Shown piece by piece: positions 17,257 through 25,327 of a stretch of DNA of 64,000 nt (the first letter of the stretch is position 1; each line of letters opens with the position of its first letter). The DNA comes from an uncultured Pseudomonadota bacterium (GTDB lineage: Bacteria; Oederibacteriota; Muellerivitia; Muellerivitales; Muellerivitaceae): contig CAWIIP010000002.1 of NCBI GenBank assembly GCA_963836235.1, positions 1,952,001 through 2,016,000 on the forward strand, written 5' to 3'. Both the position numbers and the translations under genes were made by a program. The notes below the pieces were generated by a model. The model saw nothing but the letters and a program-made list of their open reading frames with translations. It did no database searches and was not told the DNA's origin.

Positions 17257-17328
17257 ATGAACGTTATATTGCCGGTCGTACTCATTGTTGGTTTTCTTGT
17301 TTTGTCCATCGTCTATTTGCGCGACTAA
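17257..17328 (+). CDS. Membrane micropeptide 3, 23 aa, MNVILPVVLIVGFLVLSIVYLRD
   Basis: GGGAGGGG RBS; single TM; YL[KR][DE] C-terminus as in peptides 1 and 2. Confidence 0.7.
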   Translation: MNVILPVVLIVGFLVLSIVYLRD

Positions 17329-17428
17329 CTTCAAAGTCCTTGGATTGGCCCCAAGGCGAAAAAAGATTTGGATACCGATGGGTGGCATGCCCGTCGGTAT
17401 TTTTATTTAGAGTAGAGGAATAAGCGAA

Positions 17429-17736
17429 ATGCTGGAACTTAGACCCATTTGCGAGAACTGTAAAAGACCCCTGCCGCCCCACTCCAAGGAAGCGATGATC
17501 TGTTCTTCGAGTGCACTTTCTGCCAAAACTGCGTGGATGGAATCCTGCAGAATGTGTGCCCCAATTGCGGCGGGGGTTTTTCTCCCAGGCCGATCCGGCC
17601 GAACACCGATTGGAAAAATGAGAATTGCTTAACCAAATATCCGGCCAGTACCCGGTTCAAACACAACCCGGTGAACGCCACAACCCACCTTGAATTCTCC
17701 GAACACATCAAAAAACTGCCGCCCGAAAAGCGGTAA
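17429..17736 (+). pseudogene. DUF1272 Cys-rich protein with a 1-nt frameshift (or sequencing error)
   Basis: MLELRPICENC...AMICS continues in another frame as FECTFC..C...CPNCGG; one T missing near 17504-17508. Confidence 0.75.
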
Positions 17737-17740
17737 GGGA

Positions 17741-18433
17741 TCAGGGAATTCCCGCTTCCTTTTGAATCATTTCCGGATTCAATATTTTGATCTTCTTCTT
17801 TGCCCGAAGGATGAGTTTTTTCTTCTCCAAATCCCCCAGGTAGCGCATTAGGGTTTCGGGGGCGGTGTCCGAAAGCTCCGACATGTCGGTGCGGGACAAT
17901 TCCATCTGCAGGAAACCGTCGGGCCGGACGCCATAGTTTTTCATTAAAAAACAAAGGACCCGGGCTACCCGCTGTTCGGCGGGCATCTGGGCGGCTCCGA
18001 CCAGCCGGTCCTCCACTTCCCCCAGTTCCATACTGAGACTTTTCAAAAGCAGGTGGACCAACAGTTTGTCTTTTTGGAGGTAGTTGATGAAAAATTCCTT
18101 CTCGATGAAGGCGATCTTCGTATCGAGCAGAGATTCGGCGGTGACTTTGTAGAGCTCCCCTGTCAAAAGGGCCCGGTAGCCGAAAAGATCCCCCTTGCCG
18201 CCCATAAAAGTAATGTGCTGGCGCCCGGCCTTGCCTGATTTGAAGAGCTTGATGATTCCGTGGTGGATGTAATAAACCCCGAAAGGTTCGGTGCCTGTGT
18301 AAAAGATGTCCTGGCGGGGTTTGTAGAGGTGTTCGGTGATGACCGGAGCGCCTTTTTGGGTGGCGGCTTCCAGCAATCCCTGCAAGATTTTATGTTTCTC
18401 GGAAAACAAGCTGTCGTAGAAAGTGGGGTTCAT
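17741..18433 (-). CDS. Crp/Fnr family transcriptional regulator
   Basis: cNMP-binding beta-roll (GDLFGY) and C-terminal HTH (SRTDM...PETLMR). Confidence 0.92.
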   Translation of the reverse strand: MNPTFYDSLFSEKHKILQGLLEAATQKGAPVITEHLYKPRQDIFYTGTEPFGVYYIHHGIIKLFKSGKAGRQHITFMGGKGDLFGYRALLTGELYKVTAESLLDTKIAFIEKEFFINYLQKDKLLVHLLLKSLSMELGEVEDRLVGAAQMPAEQRVARVLCFLMKNYGVRPDGFLQMELSRTDMSELSDTAPETLMRYLGDLEKKKLILRAKKKIKILNPEMIQKEAGIP

Positions 18434-18557
18434 GAATTTGCCAGTTCCAAAGTTTTAAGAAGCTTTGGCGCTTATCATAGCATGACGAGCGGGTCCTGGC
18501 AGTCCATGTCCCCGCTCGATTTAAATAATCTTTTGAATAGCCGGCTGATACTGGAAG

Positions 18558-20537
18558 TTAAATCACCCGCACTGGCACGATCATCATGTTCACGCCCTTG
18601 AAAAGCAGGCGGCGTTGGATTTCCAAGGCGGTTTGGTTGTGCAGCAGATTCGTCCAAAGGGATTCCTTGGCGAAGATGAGCTTACCCGAGAAGAAGGTCG
18701 CGTCGGAAAAGTCGGCGGAAACCAATTCGCACAGCCTTTCCATCCCGGCGATGACGTCGATATCCTCCACGTGCCGGAAGTCGGCCCGGTAACCCATCTT
18801 GTGGGCCAGGGCTACATATTTCCCTAGGTTTTCCTCGGTATTTTTCCTCAGGTTATCCAGTTCTTCAATCCCCTTGAACTTGCTGGAGTCGATGCGGCCG
18901 ATAGAAACGAAAAGAAAATCCTGGAAACGGTTGGCGAAAAGCTTTTGGATCGAAAAGATGGCGTGGATGCCCAATCCGTTATAGCGCTCCACCATCACCA
19001 CCGCGACCGCTTTGGCTTTATCGCAGGGCCCCAGGGCGGGCTCGCTGGTGTCCCGATCCGGCAAAGGAAGGTTGGTCAGAGCGTCGTCCAGGCGGGTTAG
19101 GGCTTGCTGGACTCCCTTGTAGTGGCGCTTTACCAAGAAACAAATAACGATGAGGACGGTCGTTAAGGCGATGGTCACGAAGCCGCCTTCGAGGAATTTG
19201 GCCATCACGGTCGCTACTAAAATAATGGAAGTCAGAGTCAAACCCAGTCCGTTGATAAAGAACCGGCTTTTCCAATCCTTTTGTTCGCGGCGGGCCTGCC
19301 ACCAGTGGATACACATCGAAAGCTGGGACAGGCTGAAAGTGATATAAACATTGATCGCATAAAGTACGATAAGGGTGTCCACGTTGCCCTTGGCCAGTAT
19401 GAGGATCACTAGGGTCGAGACGCCCATCACGAGAATTCCGTTCATGCGAACCAGCCGGTGGGAAAGGTTGGCGAAGCGGTGGGGAAGCCAGGAATCGGCG
19501 GCCATGTTGGACAAAACGTTGGGGCCGTCGATGAAGCCGGTTTGGGCGGCAATGAAGAGAAGCATGCCTTCCGAAAGTAAGGTCAGGTAGATAAGCCATT
19601 GGCCCAGCGGCAGGCCGAAAGCCGTCCAGGGCCCGAAGATGGCTTTGGCCAGGGTACCGTTCATGGTCTCGTTCTGGACGGCCTGAATATCCCAGAGCAT
19701 GTATAAAAGCAGGATCCCGCCCGCGGTGAAGGCCAGGGAAGTCGCCATGTAAAGCATGGTGCGCTTGCCCGTTTTCACCCTGGGCTCCCTCAGGTTCGCC
19801 AAGCCATTGGAGACCGCCTCAATGCCCGTGTAGGTTCCCCCGCCCAGGCTGTAGGCCGTGAAAAAGATGACGATAAATCCCCAAACCCCCAAAGGCCCCC
19901 CGACAATCTCGTGGGTCTCTCTGAAGGTGCTTTGAACGACGGGTACGATTTGGGAGCCGTGGCCAAGCAATCCCGCCGCGATCAGGATGATATGGGTTCC
20001 CACGAAGACCAGGAAGATGGGAAGAAGGGCGGTCACCGATTCTTTGATGCCCCGCATATTGAGCCAAATCAAAAGAAGAACCAGAAGCACTTCGATGGAC
20101 AGCTTGTGGGCAACGAAAAAAGTCGGCATGAAATCGGCGATAGCGTCCACGCCCGCCGCGATAGAAATGTTGATAGTCAGGATATAGTCCACGATGAGGG
20201 CGGAGCCGGAAATAAGGCCGGCCACGGGATGCAAGAGTTTGCTAGCCACCACGTAACCGCCGCCGCCCGAGGGGAAATGCTCGATCACCTGGCTATAGCT
20301 GGCGGAAATGATGAAGACGGTAGCGGCCACCGCGATGGCGAGGTAGAGGGCGATGTGGTGGTATTGGGCGCCCAGGGCCTTATAGGTTTCCTCGGGGCCG
20401 TAGGCTGAGGAGGACAGCCCGTCGGCTCCCAGTCCCACCCAGGCCAGGAAAGCGATGAGGCTCAGTTTGTGAAAGACATTCTGATCGAGAGGATTTTTGG
20501 CCTTGCCAAAGACAAGTTCTCTTACTTTTTCCACCAT
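18558..20537 (-). CDS. KimA/YdaO-like APC-family K+ transporter
   Basis: ADGLSSSAYGPEE, FPSGGGGY, VDYILT, TGIEAVSNG; cytosolic C-terminal domain; upstream c-di-AMP riboswitch. Confidence 0.9.
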   Translation of the reverse strand: MVEKVRELVFGKAKNPLDQNVFHKLSLIAFLAWVGLGADGLSSSAYGPEETYKALGAQYHHIALYLAIAVAATVFIISASYSQVIEHFPSGGGGYVVASKLLHPVAGLISGSALIVDYILTINISIAAGVDAIADFMPTFFVAHKLSIEVLLVLLLIWLNMRGIKESVTALLPIFLVFVGTHIILIAAGLLGHGSQIVPVVQSTFRETHEIVGGPLGVWGFIVIFFTAYSLGGGTYTGIEAVSNGLANLREPRVKTGKRTMLYMATSLAFTAGGILLLYMLWDIQAVQNETMNGTLAKAIFGPWTAFGLPLGQWLIYLTLLSEGMLLFIAAQTGFIDGPNVLSNMAADSWLPHRFANLSHRLVRMNGILVMGVSTLVILILAKGNVDTLIVLYAINVYITFSLSQLSMCIHWWQARREQKDWKSRFFINGLGLTLTSIILVATVMAKFLEGGFVTIALTTVLIVICFLVKRHYKGVQQALTRLDDALTNLPLPDRDTSEPALGPCDKAKAVAVVMVERYNGLGIHAIFSIQKLFANRFQDFLFVSIGRIDSSKFKGIEELDNLRKNTEENLGKYVALAHKMGYRADFRHVEDIDVIAGMERLCELVSADFSDATFFSGKLIFAKESLWTNLLHNQTALEIQRRLLFKGVNMMIVPVRVI

Positions 20538-20629
20538 GACAGCCTCCCGAAAAAATTTTGACTCAAAATTTTTGAGGCCCCCCAGCGGGGGGCTGAAACC
20601 GGGCCGCCATGTTTCAGACGCGCCCTTCG

Positions 20630-20758
20630 AAGCCTGCGAGGTTAGCTGTCGGGCTCGGCGCGAAAGGCTCGCCGTTCCTTCCCATCAAGTCGGGAAAGGA
20701 ATTAGCCCCAGATCATCGGGTCCCCCGTTCATTCCAGGCGGAATGACTCGGCTATTTG
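20630..20758 (-). ncRNA. c-di-AMP (ydaO/yuaA) riboswitch
   Basis: Minus strand GCCGAGTC...AACGGGGGACCC...TGGGGCTAAT...GAGCCCGACAGCTAACCTCGCAGGC. Confidence 0.93.
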
Positions 20759-20762
20759 CTGA

Positions 20763-20783
20763 GAATCTTTATACTTTTTTAAT
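20763..20783. promoter_or_regulatory. 21-bp element shared with 23888-23908; contains the minus-strand -10 TATAAA and a KdpE-like direct repeat
   Basis: GAATCTTTATACTTTTTTAAT. Confidence 0.65.
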
Positions 20784-21008
20784 TTGAGTTCAATGAAGGA
20801 GGGAAAAGAAGGCTAATATTAATAAAATCTTAATATTTTTGGATGAGGTGTTTTTGCCGTTTTTTTCAAGGAAATTAGGGTTTATTTGGGAAGAAAGAAA
20901 CTGGCAACAATAAGTTAGAATTGAGACAGATAGAAGGTAATGATTTGGTTCGAGTTCAACCCGGTGAGAATTGAAAAATCTCGAACTAAAAGGGAAAACC
21001 TTTTTAAT

Positions 21009-21767
21009 ATGCCTAATACAAAAATAAAGCCTATTAAATCTAAAGAAAATTTTGAAAATAGTCCCTTTTTTTTAATTGTGACGGGTCAAAAATGGCCTTG
21101 GATTAACAAAATCATTCTTTATGCGACTTTTGTTTTCACTTTCCCATTTCGAAAGAAATTAAGAAACTCCGGCAGCGGTTCAATCGGTCATTTAGGCAAA
21201 TTGATCCGTTTGAAAAGATTCGAAGAAGGCTATTCATTTGGATTAGAACAACTTTCTCGTTTATCTGCAAAGTTAAAGTTTGTTCCGAAAAATCCGAAGA
21301 GTTTTTTGGATTTTGCGAAGGCTTTTACTCCAATGATGTGGTGTTTTGTATTTGAACAAACATGTACATGCGCATCTGAAATAAACGAAGAAGGAGTCCT
21401 AGAAAAAATGGAAACTATTTATGAACAATATTCGGGGCCCAAGGATGGAAATTCAAACAATTTTGAACAAGTCCCCGTCGGTCGAGCATTGAGTGGCCTA
21501 GCTTCTCTGGCGTGGCGGAAGAAAAGTCCGGAAGCTGGATGGGAATGGATAAATAAAGCTGTAGAAAGCGAAAAGACCTATGGGTATTCCTATTATTTAA
21601 GGGCTTGGATGGGTGAAATAATGGGCGTGGGGCAACCCGTTAATGATTTGATTTTGGCTATTGGCTGTCAACCAGAACTAGAAGAAATGGCTTTCGAAGA
21701 TGAAACTTTTCTAAAAAATGAAAACCTCTTAACGGAATTGAAGGAAAGGCTCGAAAAACCGAACTAG
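21009..21767 (+). CDS. Hypothetical AT-rich protein with TPR-like C-terminus (start uncertain)
   Basis: Long open frame (275 aa from 20940); visibly lower GC than flanks. Confidence 0.6.
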   Translation: MPNTKIKPIKSKENFENSPFFLIVTGQKWPWINKIILYATFVFTFPFRKKLRNSGSGSIGHLGKLIRLKRFEEGYSFGLEQLSRLSAKLKFVPKNPKSFLDFAKAFTPMMWCFVFEQTCTCASEINEEGVLEKMETIYEQYSGPKDGNSNNFEQVPVGRALSGLASLAWRKKSPEAGWEWINKAVESEKTYGYSYYLRAWMGEIMGVGQPVNDLILAIGCQPELEEMAFEDETFLKNENLLTELKERLEKPN

Positions 21768-21871
21768 ATATAACCTTTAATCGCGAATCATCACGAATTT
21801 AATGGTTCGTAAATCTACCTGCGCTGAAGCTCCGGTAGACAGGTCGTACAGAATGGGGAAGCGTTAGGCTT

Positions 21872-23710
21872 CTAGCCGACGATGATTAGGTCGGCGGATT
21901 CGGGCAGGCGTTCCGCCAAGTTCTTTAGCATGCGGCCCCGCACCATGCGCCAGAAGAAGGTGCGCTTGGACGATCCCACGAACACCTGCTTGACCTTCAA
22001 TTCCTTGGCGGCCTCGGCGATGGAAAAGCCCGCGTCCTCGGCCATGCGCCAAATGGGGATGCCGGCCACGCCCAACTTTTGCAGTGTCGCGCAGGAATCG
22101 ACCAGTACCTTGATCGCCTCGGGGGTTGGCTTAATCTCCTGGGGCAAGAACAAGCCCGGCATTTCATCCACATAAATTACGTATATATTGTTACGTTTCA
22201 AACCCTTTATATAAATCGACGCATCCTCCAGTAGTTTTGTGTTCACCTGCCTCAGTGCCACGAGAATAGGGGAGGATTCCATGGCGGAAGCCTCGATGGC
22301 TTCTTCCAGCGTCAGGATATTGGAGGCCTCCGGCAGGTCGGCGACGTTGGCTTCGGCTTCGGCGAAGACGGCTACGGCTTTCCGGGAAGCGCCGATGCGG
22401 TGCCAGACTCCGGTAGCTACCAGAATGGTGGCCAGGGTCCCGCCAAACATCAGGGCTTCCGGTTTGTGGAACATGTTAATGACCCAGGCGGCTAAGAGGG
22501 CGATGGTCGTGAAGGCCCCGGTCCAAAATTTGAATCCCCTCACCCCGTCCCTCCAGCGGAGCTTATCGATGGCCAGGGAAGAAAGGGAAAGGGTTCCCAA
22601 GAGGCCGAAATTATAAAGATCGCCCAGGGCATCCACGTTGGCTCGGGTGATGAGGATGATGGCCATGGGCACCAGCCCCGAGATAAGGATGGAAAGATAC
22701 GGCGTTCCAAGGGTTGGGTGCCGTTTCCTTAAAAACGAGGGAAGGAATCCCAGGTCCGAAAGCCGCACGTTCACGTGGTAGTTGCCTACGATCGCGGTGT
22801 TGCAGGCCATGAAAAGCAAAGCCGAGGCCGCCACGACCACCGCCACACCCATGAAGGGCCCGCCGATCTGGAAACCCAGCGCGGACAGGAGGGAATCGGA
22901 TTGGGTTTGTTTGACTGAGTCAGGGAGCAGGTAAAGCACGACGGAGGTCATGGGGGAGGAAATAATAGCGATGGCGATGATGACCCACATCATGGCTTTT
23001 CCGGCGGTGGCCTTGATGGGCAAGCGCATGGAGCCGGAAATCTGGGCGACCGATTCCAAACCCGAATAGGCCAGCCAGGTGGTGGCGTAACCGATCATGA
23101 CGGCACCGAAAGTAATGGGGATGCCGGGATGGGTAATGCTGTGCCACCAGCCGCCCCAGGAATAATGAGGATTGAAGGCAATGGTGCAGAAAGCCCAGCC
23201 CAGGAGAAGAAAGGTTACGATGATTTCGACGGTGGCGAAGCTGGAGGTTACCGACGCCGATTCCTTAATGCCGATCATATTGATGAGCACGAGACAAAGG
23301 AACAAAACCATGGATGCGGCGATGACTAGGTCCTTCGTTTGCGGCATGAGGCTGGAGAGGTAATAGAGGCCCGAGACGCCCGAGATAGCCGATGTCAGGA
23401 AATAATCCACGGTGATAAAAGAGCCGCCGACCAGGGGCAGGAATTCGAAGGCAGAAAAGGCCTCGCGAACCACCGAAACCACGCCGCCGCCGTCCGGACA
23501 GCGCTCGCAAATTTCGACATATTTAAGCGCGATGGAGATAAAAACACCGGTGGTGATGAACTGGGCCAGGGTGGCCAGGTTGCCGATGGAGTTATAGAGG
23601 ATGCCGGGAACGTAAAAGACCGAGGTGCCGATATCCGCGTAAACGATCGCGAAAACCAGGACCCAGCCCAGCTGGTGAACTTTTACGGATGAGGAGTTTG
23701 AATCGGACAA
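21872..23710 (-). CDS. Second KimA/KUP-like APC transporter with C-terminal USP-like domain
   Basis: TTG start after GGAGG; YADIGTSVFY, VDYFLT, YSGLES; the ORF-track N-terminal extension is riboswitch sequence. Confidence 0.88.
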   Translation of the reverse strand: MSDSNSSSVKVHQLGWVLVFAIVYADIGTSVFYVPGILYNSIGNLATLAQFITTGVFISIALKYVEICERCPDGGGVVSVVREAFSAFEFLPLVGGSFITVDYFLTSAISGVSGLYYLSSLMPQTKDLVIAASMVLFLCLVLINMIGIKESASVTSSFATVEIIVTFLLLGWAFCTIAFNPHYSWGGWWHSITHPGIPITFGAVMIGYATTWLAYSGLESVAQISGSMRLPIKATAGKAMMWVIIAIAIISSPMTSVVLYLLPDSVKQTQSDSLLSALGFQIGGPFMGVAVVVAASALLFMACNTAIVGNYHVNVRLSDLGFLPSFLRKRHPTLGTPYLSILISGLVPMAIILITRANVDALGDLYNFGLLGTLSLSSLAIDKLRWRDGVRGFKFWTGAFTTIALLAAWVINMFHKPEALMFGGTLATILVATGVWHRIGASRKAVAVFAEAEANVADLPEASNILTLEEAIEASAMESSPILVALRQVNTKLLEDASIYIKGLKRNNIYVIYVDEMPGLFLPQEIKPTPEAIKVLVDSCATLQKLGVAGIPIWRMAEDAGFSIAEAAKELKVKQVFVGSSKRTFFWRMVRGRMLKNLAERLPESADLIIVG

Positions 23711-23723
23711 GGCCGCGCCTCCG

Positions 23724-23882
23724 AAGCCTGCGGGGTTAGCTGTCGGGCTCGGCGGGAATGCTCGCCGGTTCAATCCTCTTCTTTAGAGGGTGAAGCTTAG
23801 CCCCGAAAAACCTGGGTCCCCCGTTTGGCCTTTCGCCTGTTCCGAGGTTCTGGAACATCGCGTCAAGGTCAATTCGGCTGTT
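23724..23882 (-). ncRNA. c-di-AMP (ydaO/yuaA) riboswitch abutting the RBS
   Basis: Minus strand GCCGAATT...AACGGGGGACCCA...GGGGCTAAG...GAGCCCGACAGCTAACCCCGCAGGC-TTC-GGAGG. Confidence 0.93.
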
Positions 23883-23887
23883 AAGGT

Positions 23888-23921
23888 GAATCTTTATACT
23901 TTTTTAATATTTAAATTCAAG
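23888..23921 (-). promoter_or_regulatory. Sigma-70 promoter TTGAAT-N16-TATAAA overlapped by the shared 21-bp element
   Basis: Read on the minus strand just upstream of the riboswitch. Confidence 0.65.
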
Positions 23922-24071
23922 GGGATTATGGGGCCGGGAGGCTGTTTGAGATGACTGGTTGGCCTTTTACCGCAAAATACGAGCTTTTTTGGAACTCGTA
24001 TTTCGACAAAGAGGTTAAAAATAATCCATCCTAAATGTGATGGCATGAATCCAAAAGTTATTGAAAACAGT

Positions 24072-25256
24072 TCAATAAAACACGAAAGCGTCCGCCAGAA
24101 GGCTGTAATTAGGTTCATTCGCCACAAAGGTGGGATCGGCGCGCTGAAAATCAATTTGGGTTTTTAAATTCCGCATGGGATAGCACCGGATGCTTACCAC
24201 CTGGCGTGTTTCATCGGCCGTGCTTTCATTCAATGAATCATTAAACTTCTCATCGACCAGGCGAAGGTAAATATCGTTGCCCAAGTCGACTTCCGCGCTC
24301 ACGTGGTAGGCCATGAGCTTGTCTTCCTGAACCCCGTTATTGACGAAACCAGGGAGAATTTGGGTTGGTTCGGAGTAACCTTGGTCATATTCCGCCAGGA
24401 GGACAACAGGCCCGATTCGTCCCCAGCCAAAAGCGTTATAAAGCAGGGTTTGAGCGCTGGAAGGGACGGTCGTATCCGTTCCCCCCTGTTCATCCAGGTT
24501 GGCGGCGCAAAGGGAACCGCCTAAAGTAAACTCGGAAAAACTGACGCCTCCCTTCGCGGAAAAAATCTTTTCATTCATGATCACGCTTTCCGATGAGGTC
24601 GTTGCGGGGCCCGAGTCCCCATTGGTAAGAGCCATGTTGAGGAAAAAAGGATCGGGATAAATTCCCACTTCAAGGGCCCCGATTTGGGAACTATCAAACG
24701 AAAAGCCAAGCGGGGAACGAATCAGGCTGGCGTCATCCGAAAGAGTCAGGCCATAGGGCAATAAAAAATTCCCGAACTTGATGTAGGCCCCTCCCGGTAG
24801 GTTCGAGATCAAGCCATAGGCTTCTTTGGTAGTGCTTTCGTCCAAGCGATAAGTGAAAACTCCCGATACCACCTCATTCGCCTTAACTTGAATTGAAAAA
24901 TCCTGGCGGCTGAGGGGTTGGGTGCCAACGGTAAAAGAACTATTGTTGGGGTTATTGAAGGTGTTGTAGTTTTGGGTCGTGTTGTAGCCCTCGTGGATGT
25001 CCATGCCGATAGCGATCCAGGAGGGGGTCGCGTGCTGGATTTTCTGGGCCGCTTCGGAAATGCCCTGCCAGTCGAAGGTTTGGAGGCTGTTTCCGTAGTT
25101 TTTCCCGAAGTCGTTTCGCAGCCACCCACCGGTCTGGTTGACGTGGCAGGCGTTGCAGTTGACCCCTTTCCAAGCCGCCAGGTAGGGTTCGGCCCAAACA
25201 CCGGATGTTCCAAGGAATAAAACCAGCAAAACCGTCCCGAACAAATTTTTTTTCAT
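24072..25256 (-). CDS. Outer-membrane beta-barrel with N-terminal CxxCH heme-c motif
   Basis: Signal peptide; CNACH..TGG..RNDFG; alternating beta strands; aromatic terminal residue (FVFY). Confidence 0.75.
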   Translation of the reverse strand: MKKNLFGTVLLVLFLGTSGVWAEPYLAAWKGVNCNACHVNQTGGWLRNDFGKNYGNSLQTFDWQGISEAAQKIQHATPSWIAIGMDIHEGYNTTQNYNTFNNPNNSSFTVGTQPLSRQDFSIQVKANEVVSGVFTYRLDESTTKEAYGLISNLPGGAYIKFGNFLLPYGLTLSDDASLIRSPLGFSFDSSQIGALEVGIYPDPFFLNMALTNGDSGPATTSSESVIMNEKIFSAKGGVSFSEFTLGGSLCAANLDEQGGTDTTVPSSAQTLLYNAFGWGRIGPVVLLAEYDQGYSEPTQILPGFVNNGVQEDKLMAYHVSAEVDLGNDIYLRLVDEKFNDSLNESTADETRQVVSIRCYPMRNLKTQIDFQRADPTFVANEPNYSLLADAFVFY

Positions 25257-25327
25257 ATTCTCACCTCGAAGAATGTTCTTTGGCCCGAAGGGTCAAATTG
25301 AGAACACCGCAGAATTTCTTGAAGAAG

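Noticed and set aside
16630-17330. The ~260-bp periodic units with palindromes as a CRISPR array or integron cassette array
   Set aside because: No identical direct repeats or attC-type GTTRRRY ends and no cas or integrase gene; better explained as promoter-ORF-terminator duplications
23711-23773. N-terminal extension MNRRAFPPSPTANPAG of the second APC transporter
   Set aside because: This is the conserved 3' end of the c-di-AMP riboswitch read in frame
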